A stretch of 64,000 nt of DNA from an uncultured Gammaproteobacteria bacterium (lineage in GTDB: Bacteria > Patescibacteriota > Patescibacteriia > JACQRZ01): positions 1,266 to 65,265 of the forward strand of contig CAZUKY010000004.1 of NCBI GenBank assembly GCA_964621085.1, written 5' to 3'. The position numbers and the translations under genes are program-made. Positions 58,072-64,000 of the stretch are shown piece by piece. The notes beneath the pieces were generated by a model. The model was given only the letters and a program-made list of their open reading frames with translations, was not told the DNA's origin and ran no database searches. Position 1 is the stretch's first letter; each line of letters opens with the position of its first letter.

Positions 58072-58407
58072 CTATTCCGCCTGCGGATTAAATGTTGAAA
58101 CGAGCTCTAGTTTATACAACATGACTTCTTGCGCAACAAGCGAGGTAAAGTCGTCCATTCCTTTTTCGGCAAGCATCGCATTGACTTTTTGATAATCCTT
58201 TTCGGAAAATGCCGCCTCGATCGCATCCCTCTCTTCGAGTGTAAAAACATCAAACAAGCGCGCCATGATCCGATTTTTTACAGTCTGTAATATTTCTGTG
58301 ATCATGTCTCGCTTCTGATCATCCGAAATATTCGGCAAGCCAAGAAGCGTAAAAATGTCGTCATTGATAATATCCATGTCGCTGGTCGGATTTTGCTGTT
58401 GCGCCAT
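58072..58407 (-). CDS. Hypothetical protein (111 aa), co-operonic with the 778-aa gene
   Basis: 7-nt intergenic gap. Confidence 0.45.
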   Translation of the reverse strand: MAQQQNPTSDMDIINDDIFTLLGLPNISDDQKRDMITEILQTVKNRIMARLFDVFTLEERDAIEAAFSEKDYQKVNAMLAEKGMDDFTSLVAQEVMLYKLELVSTFNPQAE

Positions 58408-58567
58408 AGTGTTGTAAAAATTACTTCTTCAGACGCCCCGCCTTGCGCTCGTTTCTCTTGAGCTTTGGCAACTTGACGCCGGTTGTGAGTTTCTTTTGCT
58501 TTTTGGGCATAACTAATTACGGTCACGAGTGAAATTTCCAATCAAAAGTATAGCACATCATTTGATC

Positions 58568-58596
58568 TTGACAAAAACATACTATTCTGCTTTACT
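58568..58596 (+). promoter_or_regulatory. Promoter TTGACA-N17-TTTACT
   Basis: Upstream of the 58644 ORF. Confidence 0.45.
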
Positions 58597-58643
58597 TATG
58601 CCGGTTTTACAGCTCACCCGTGTTCTGAGGAGAGAAATGAAAG

Positions 58644-58991
58644 ATGTACCGCGACACACTCAGCAAGAGGGGTCTGCGCGCCAAGATCTTCACGGCAATC
58701 TCGAGTGGCGACGATGACCGGGAGCAGGCGCTCCTGCTCAAGCTCGAAAACGAGCAGGCTATCGTCCGGCTCCTACCGCGCCGCCAGATCCGGCTGCACA
58801 CCAACGTCATCGTGCAGAGCAGCTTCTTCCGACCGGGCAGCGGCGTCATCGGCCAACAGTCGGGTCGCAAGATCGATGTGGTCATCGACGACCTGACCGA
58901 ACGGATGTGGGCCGAGTGGCAGGCGTACCTTGCCGAGTACGACGCGAAGCCGGAAGGCTCCTTCCTCAAGCTCCGCCTCCTGGCGAGTTGA
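58644..58991 (+). CDS. Hypothetical protein (115 aa), GC-rich
   Basis: It has its own promoter and a terminator at 59033-59071. Confidence 0.45.
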   Translation: MYRDTLSKRGLRAKIFTAISSGDDDREQALLLKLENEQAIVRLLPRRQIRLHTNVIVQSSFFRPGSGVIGQQSGRKIDVVIDDLTERMWAEWQAYLAEYDAKPEGSFLKLRLLAS

Positions 58992-59032
58992 ATCTTCACG
59001 GGGGCGACCGACGACCAATCGTACCCTTCTTC

Positions 59033-59071
59033 CAAGGGCCTTGCGTCACCGCGCAGGGCCCTTTAATTTTT
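59033..59071 (+). terminator. Rho-independent terminator
   Basis: aagggcc-N15-ggccctt followed by taatttttt. Confidence 0.55.
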
Positions 59072-59105
59072 TAAAAAGAAATGGAGAAACTGCGCGACTG
59101 CCGCA

Positions 59106-59134
59106 TTGACGGCTGCGTGAAAAGCTGGTATATC
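59106..59134 (+). promoter_or_regulatory. Promoter TTGACG-N17-TATATC
   Basis: Upstream of the PNP-family gene, with an AAAGGAAGG SD. Confidence 0.4.
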
Positions 59135-59169
59135 CATACTCATCCGTCGTTAGGAAAGGAAGGGTACGA

Positions 59170-60057
59170 ATGAAGGCATCTTGGGAGAGGACGCGCTGTT
59201 TGGAGGACGCGCGCCGGAGCGCTCAGGCGATCATGGATCGCTTCGGCCTTCACCCTGGCGAGATCAAGATCGCACTGCAGCTCGGCACGGGCTGGGGCGA
59301 TGCGGTCACTTGGATCGACGAGATGGATTTCGCCGACGCGGGTCTCATCTTCGACTACGGCGGCGGACTGTCGTATCCGGCGCCTGCGATGCAAAACCAT
59401 GCGCTCAAGATCGTGTTGTGCAAGCTTGGCGACCAGAAGGTCATCGCACTGAGGGGCCGGATTCACTTCCATCAGACATGGAACCTGGAGACGCAACTCG
59501 TCTTCCGGAAGCAGATCGAGATGCTCATTGCCCTCGGCGTGCGGACCCTCATCCTCACCTGCGCGGCCGGGGGCAGCAATACCACCACGGATCGCGGTGC
59601 GGTCTACTTGGTCCGAAGCTTTTGCACGCTCGGCGCCCGCCCGCTGCTCTTCCTACAGGGAGAGGGCAACCCGAACCATCACGATGTTCTCGATCCGAAA
59701 CTCATCCGCGCCGTCAAGGATCAGGCATTTGAGGCAGCGCCGTACCGGGTACTGACGACCCGCTCCTTCTACGTCTACCACGGACCGCAATTCGAGGATA
59801 AAGAGTGCGACAAGCGCATCATCCACGAGGTCTACGGCATCGACCTGGTCGGCATGAGCCTGTGGGCCGAGACCATGGTCGCGTCACTCCACGCGGACAA
59901 GGGCGTGAAGGTCGTGCCACTGGCCTTCGTGACAAACCGCGCAAAAGATTCGCTCAACACGAGCGAACATGTCGCCGAGATTACAAAGTCCCAGGAACAG
60001 CTCGCCGCATTTCTTCCAAAAGTGGTCGAGGCCTGTTCCGCAACGGTGCCTGCGTAA
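59170..60057 (+). CDS. Purine nucleoside phosphorylase / MTA phosphorylase family (PNP_UDP_1)
   Basis: 295 aa. LRGRIHFHQTWNLETQLVFRKQIEMLIALGVRTLILTCAAGGSN matches QGRFHMYEGY…V[TS]NAAGGLN, and VGMSLWAETMVA matches VGMSTVPEV. GC-rich. Confidence 0.7.
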   Translation: MKASWERTRCLEDARRSAQAIMDRFGLHPGEIKIALQLGTGWGDAVTWIDEMDFADAGLIFDYGGGLSYPAPAMQNHALKIVLCKLGDQKVIALRGRIHFHQTWNLETQLVFRKQIEMLIALGVRTLILTCAAGGSNTTTDRGAVYLVRSFCTLGARPLLFLQGEGNPNHHDVLDPKLIRAVKDQAFEAAPYRVLTTRSFYVYHGPQFEDKECDKRIIHEVYGIDLVGMSLWAETMVASLHADKGVKVVPLAFVTNRAKDSLNTSEHVAEITKSQEQLAAFLPKVVEACSATVPA

Positions 60058-60147
60058 ACATGCCAACGGGCGCCCCGGAATATCCGGCGGCGCCCTTTCC
60101 ATATCCAGTCAGCGGTGCAACTCAGTGTTATTTTGACTGCGTCAACA

Positions 60148-60176
60148 GAAAAAGAGGCCGCAGCCTCTTTTTCTTA
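60148..60176. terminator. Bidirectional terminator agaggc-cgca-gcctct between convergent genes
   Basis: There is a T-run on the plus side and an A-run on the other. It lies immediately after the typA stop. Confidence 0.55.
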
Positions 60177-61979
60177 TCGCGCATTGACCTTCTTTCGTTC
60201 GTGCGGCGACAAGTGTTTTTTGCGCAGGCGGATGCTTTTCGGCGTCACTTCCACAAGCTCGTCGTCCCCGATGTACTCCAGCGCCTCCTCCAAGCCTACG
60301 GTGCGCGGCGTATTGAGTCCCTCGGACACCCCCTCGCCTTTTGAGCGCATGTTTGTCAGTCGCTTTTCCTTGCATACGTTGACCTCCAGATCCTCTGCTT
60401 TCGCGTTTTGCCCGACGATCTGGCCCTCGTAAATCTCCTCGCCCGGCTGGATGAAAAGCATGCCGCGATCCTGCGCGTTGATCATGCCATAAGTATTTGC
60501 CGTTCCGGACTCAAATGCGATCAGCGATCCGTGCGGATTGGACTCGATCTCGCCGGCAAGCGGACTGGTGCCTGCGAAAAGCGAGTTCATAATTCCCAAT
60601 CCCCGCGTATCCGTCAGAAACTCGTTGCGATAGCCGATCAGACCGCGTGTCGGAATGTGAAAATGAAACGTCGCCGTGGACCCTTCCACGTGCATGTTCT
60701 TCAGCTCGCCCTTGCGGCGGCCCATCTTTTCGATAATAACGCCCACATACTGCTCAGGCACGTCGATCCAGACGTCTTCCATCGGCTCGAGGCGCGTGCC
60801 GCGCTCGTCGGTCGTTATGATGACCTCGGGCCGCGACACCTGCAGCTCGTACCCCTCGCGGCGCATGCGCTCGATCAGAATTGAGAGATGCAGTTCTCCG
60901 CGTCCGGAAACGATAAACTCATCCGGGCCCGCGCCCTGCTCGACGCGCAGCGCGACGTCGGTATCAAGCTCCTTGAACAGGCGCTCGCGCAGGTTGCGCG
61001 AGGTGCAGTACTGCCCTTCACGCCCCGCAAACGGCGAGGTGTTGACGGCAAACCCCATCTTGACCGTCGGCTGCTCGATTGCTATCGGCGGCAATGCCTG
61101 CGGCTGCTCGCGGCTGGCGATCGTATCGCCGATATTAACCTCGGGAATGCCGGCAATGGCAATAATATCCCCTGTCTGCACAAAGTCAGCGTCAGCGCGC
61201 CCCAGTCCCTCAAACGTCATGAGTGCGGAAATTTTTTGCGGCGTCGATACGCCGGCTCGCGAGATGTGCGTGACCCCGTCCTGGCTTTTGAGACAGCCGT
61301 TGGCAACGCGTCCGATCGCGATCTTTCCCTTGTACGGATCTGCCGCCAAGGAGGTGACTTGCATCTGAAACGGCGCCGAACCATCTCCTTGCGGCAGCGG
61401 CACGTACTGCACGATCGCCTCAAAAATCGGAGAAATGTCTGTCATCGCGCTCAAGTCCCCCGACAGCCCAGCCTTTCCCTCACGCGCAGCGGCATACAGG
61501 ACCGGAAAGTCGACCTGCTCATCATTTGCGCCTAGCTCTATGAAAAGCTCGAAGGTCTTTTCCAACGCCCAGGTGATTCGTGCGTTGGGCTTGTCGATCT
61601 TGTTGATGACGACGATGACCTTGTGGCCGGCCTCCAGGGCCTTTTTGAGGACGAATCGCGTCTGTGGCATCGGGCCTTCCTGCGCATCCACGAGCAGCAG
61701 CACGCCGTCGGCCATCTTGAGCACGCGCTCCACCTCGCCGCCGAAGTCCGCGTGACCGGGCGTGTCGATGATATTGATTTTGACCCCGTTATACCGGACA
61801 GAGGCATTTTTCGAAAAAATGGTTATGCCGCGCTCGCGCTCCAGCTCGTTCGAGTCCATGATCAGCTCCTCGCCCGCGTTTTTGTCCAGCTGCGTCTTTG
61901 ACTGGCGCAGCAAGGCATCGACAAGGGTCGTCTTGCCGTGGTCAACGTGCGCGATGATTGCGATATTGCGAATTTCCAT
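60174..61979 (-). CDS. typA: Translational GTPase TypA/BipA
   Basis: 601 aa. NIAIIAHVDHGKTTLVDALL, DTPGHADF and NKIDKP place it in the EF-G superfamily with TypA length and architecture. Confidence 0.9.
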   Translation of the reverse strand: MEIRNIAIIAHVDHGKTTLVDALLRQSKTQLDKNAGEELIMDSNELERERGITIFSKNASVRYNGVKINIIDTPGHADFGGEVERVLKMADGVLLLVDAQEGPMPQTRFVLKKALEAGHKVIVVINKIDKPNARITWALEKTFELFIELGANDEQVDFPVLYAAAREGKAGLSGDLSAMTDISPIFEAIVQYVPLPQGDGSAPFQMQVTSLAADPYKGKIAIGRVANGCLKSQDGVTHISRAGVSTPQKISALMTFEGLGRADADFVQTGDIIAIAGIPEVNIGDTIASREQPQALPPIAIEQPTVKMGFAVNTSPFAGREGQYCTSRNLRERLFKELDTDVALRVEQGAGPDEFIVSGRGELHLSILIERMRREGYELQVSRPEVIITTDERGTRLEPMEDVWIDVPEQYVGVIIEKMGRRKGELKNMHVEGSTATFHFHIPTRGLIGYRNEFLTDTRGLGIMNSLFAGTSPLAGEIESNPHGSLIAFESGTANTYGMINAQDRGMLFIQPGEEIYEGQIVGQNAKAEDLEVNVCKEKRLTNMRSKGEGVSEGLNTPRTVGLEEALEYIGDDELVEVTPKSIRLRKKHLSPHERKKVNAR

Positions 61980-62104
61980 TTCCCCTGAGATTAAAACAAA
62001 AAAACAGACAGCGTCTGTCAGTGCAAAGCGGTATAACTATAAAGGAAAAAGCTTTCTCTGTCAAACAAAAAACCGGCAATGCCGGCGGAATAATCAGCTA
62101 CAAG

Positions 62105-62407
62105 CTAAAAAATGCACATCTGGCGCACAATCCGGTCGTAGCGCGCGCGGCAGGCAGCCAGCTCGGCATCGATGCGGTACAGCGTGCGCTCATCAAGCGC
62201 AACGCGCGCCATCGTCCGCTCGACAAACGCCAGGCGAACACGAAGCGCGAAAAGCCAGAAGCGCGTAATCAAACCGGGCGCATACCGTTCCAGACCGTCG
62301 ATGTCCCGAACCAACCGGACGTACTCATCGCAAAATTGCACCGGCTGATACCGCGCCTCATATTGTGCCGTCTGATATGCGATCGGCATATGCGTTTCAC
62401 TTCCCAT
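62105..62407 (-). CDS. Hypothetical protein (100 aa)
   Basis: The promoter TTGACA-N16-TATTGT lies at 62430-62457. Confidence 0.4.
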   Translation of the reverse strand: MGSETHMPIAYQTAQYEARYQPVQFCDEYVRLVRDIDGLERYAPGLITRFWLFALRVRLAFVERTMARVALDERTLYRIDAELAACRARYDRIVRQMCIF

Positions 62408-62429
62408 ACATCACATGTACAATACCATG

Positions 62430-62457
62430 CTCCCCATTTTTGTCAACAATGAATTTG
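62430..62457 (-). promoter_or_regulatory. Promoter TTGACA-N16-TATTGT
   Basis: Read on the minus strand. Confidence 0.4.
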
Positions 62458-62584
62458 ATTTTTTTGTGAATAAATGCCATTTCTCTTTTATTTTAAACAA
62501 AAATCTGTCTATTTAAAATGTACCTTTCTTAGAATTTAGTACGGAAAATAAAAACGGCTTGGCGCATCGCCCGCGCGCAAAACC

Positions 62585-64000
62585 TTAATTTATCACCCGC
62601 ATGATCTCTTCTACGGTCGTCTCGCCCTGCAAGACCTTGAGCAGGCCGTCTTCGAAGATCGTGAGCATGCCATTTTCCTCGGCTTTTGTTTGGATGGCGG
62701 ACTCGGGCTTCTCGTCGGCAATGAGACGGCGAATAGCGTCATCGGCGTGCAGGATCTCAAAAATGCCGATGCGCCCGGAAAATCCCGAACCCTTGCACTT
62801 GGTACAGCCTTTTCCTTTGTAGAAACGCAGGTCGCTATAGTCGTCAAAGGATACCAGGCCGAGCTTTTTCAGTTTCTCCAGAGAGCGAAAGACATGCGTG
62901 TCCCCCTCGATGCGATCCAGGTGCGCCTTCTCTACCGCGTAGCTTTCACGGCAGGAGGGGCAGATCATCTTCACGAGACGCTGCGAGATGACCATGTTGA
63001 CCGTCGGGGCCAAAAGATAGGAGCGTACGTCCATGTTGCGCAGGCGCGTGATGGCGCCCGCGGCCGTATTCGAGTGCAGGGTTGAGATCACGATATGACC
63101 CGTGAGCGCGGACTGGATGGTGATGCCGGCGGTTTCCGCGTCGCGGATCTCGCCGACCATGATGATATTGGGATCCTGACGCAGTATCGCGCGCAAGCCG
63201 GCGGCAAACGTCATGCCGCTATCCGCATCCACCTGCGTCTGGTTGATGTGCGGCAGGGCATACTCGACCGGGTCTTCGATCGTCGAGATGGATACGCCCT
63301 CGACGTTGAGGAACTTCAAGAGCGAGTACAGTGTCGATGACTTGCCCGAACCCGTCGGGCCGGTCACAAGAATAAGTCCGTAGGGTTTTTTGATCTCTTT
63401 TTTCACCAACTCGATATTCCTGTCCCGTACGCCCAGATCGCGCAGGCTCGTGCGTTGGCGCGACTCGTCGAGCACGCGGAGCACGCACTTCTCGCCATAA
63501 TAGGTAGGTAGGATCGAGACGCGAAATGAGATCTCCTCGGAAAACACCTGGCGACTGAAACGGCTGTCGCGGGTCTGATGCGCTCTGTCGGTGCGGATAC
63601 CGGAGTCTTTTTTGATGAGATCGACGATGTCGCGCAAGATCTCGGACGGCAGAAAAAACTCGTCCCGCAAGAAGCCGTCGATGCGCAACTTTACGGTGCC
63701 GCCGGCCTTCTGCGGTTCGATATGCACGTCGGACGGCTGGGTGGTGAAGATGTAGCGTACGAGGTGATCGAAGATACTCGAGACGTCTTTTGCTCCGCCG
63801 GATCGTCGGGCGCGTGTGGGCGTTGATGCGCGGCGCGCCGATGACTCGATCAACTTCTTGATTCCCGCAGCGACAGACTTCTGATAGTGCTTAGCGGCAA
63901 ACTTGAAACTCTCTCGCCCGGTGAAGTGGGGCTCGATCTTTTTGCGCGAGAGCCGTTCGAGTCTTTTTATGACCGCCTGGTCCGTGGGATCCTGAAAGGC
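62585..64000 (-). CDS. pilB: Type IV pilus assembly / type II secretion ATPase (PilB/GspE family), 3' portion; the gene continues beyond the window
   Basis: Walker A is GPTGSGKSST. The C-terminal tetra-Cys CPSC…CTKCKGSG is present. The frame is open to the window edge. Confidence 0.85.
   Translation of the reverse strand, partial: AFQDPTDQAVIKRLERLSRKKIEPHFTGRESFKFAAKHYQKSVAAGIKKLIESSARRASTPTRARRSGGAKDVSSIFDHLVRYIFTTQPSDVHIEPQKAGGTVKLRIDGFLRDEFFLPSEILRDIVDLIKKDSGIRTDRAHQTRDSRFSRQVFSEEISFRVSILPTYYGEKCVLRVLDESRQRTSLRDLGVRDRNIELVKKEIKKPYGLILVTGPTGSGKSSTLYSLLKFLNVEGVSISTIEDPVEYALPHINQTQVDADSGMTFAAGLRAILRQDPNIIMVGEIRDAETAGITIQSALTGHIVISTLHSNTAAGAITRLRNMDVRSYLLAPTVNMVISQRLVKMICPSCRESYAVEKAHLDRIEGDTHVFRSLEKLKKLGLVSFDDYSDLRFYKGKGCTKCKGSGFSGRIGIFEILHADDAIRRLIADEKPESAIQTKAEENGMLTIFEDGLLKVLQGETTVEEIMRVIN

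Noticed and set aside
58421-58510. 29-codon poly-Lys ORF as a separate CDS feature
   Set aside because: It is too short and lacks an SD, so it is reported only as an observation.

Overview
The window is 64 kb of a bacterial chromosome, about 50-55% GC, with compact and mostly minus-strand operons. I found no rRNA, no convincing tRNA, no CRISPR array and no transposase or integrase. All gene calls come from motif reading of the six-frame translations, since I cannot run similarity searches. Coordinates that I derived by counting bases may be off by 1 nt.

The main recognisable blocks are:
- **1-6663 (minus):** a hyf/hyc-like (group-4 [NiFe]-hydrogenase / complex-I-like) membrane operon. Its 'small' and 'large' subunit homologues have lost the cofactor-ligating cysteines.
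- **8622-16064 (minus):** a complete F-type ATP synthase operon (atpZ-like, B, E, F, H, A, G, D, C), interrupted between atpG and atpD by an opposite-strand GC-rich ORF.
- **16324-19322 (minus):** metG-cvpA-tatD.
- **25549-36928 (minus):** a nucleotide-excision-repair supercluster, uvrC, uvrA, an Nramp-like transporter, an SF2 helicase with four C-terminal tandem 78-aa repeats, then uvrB.
- **41105-44140 (minus):** lemA-htpX and xseA-xseB.
- **46307-55660:** envelope and secreted proteins (glycosyl hydrolase-like, MGDG-synthase-like glycosyltransferase, lipoprotein, two paralogous TSP3-repeat secreted proteins of which one carries HExxH).
- **59170-64000:** a purine nucleoside phosphorylase family gene, typA/bipA, and a partial pilB/gspE-type ATPase.

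Several features stand out for follow-up:
- The cysteine-less hydrogenase-like module.
- The repeat-bearing helicase embedded in the uvr cluster.
- About ten short GC-rich (~60-66% GC) accessory genes, each with its own near-consensus sigma70-type promoter (TTGACA-N17-TATACT) and hairpin terminator.
- Three disrupted reading frames: an in-frame TGA in the hyfB-like gene, an in-frame TAG at a conserved Trp in the Nramp-like gene, and a -1 frameshift in an HTH gene.
- A multi-gene accessory locus at 20446-25372.
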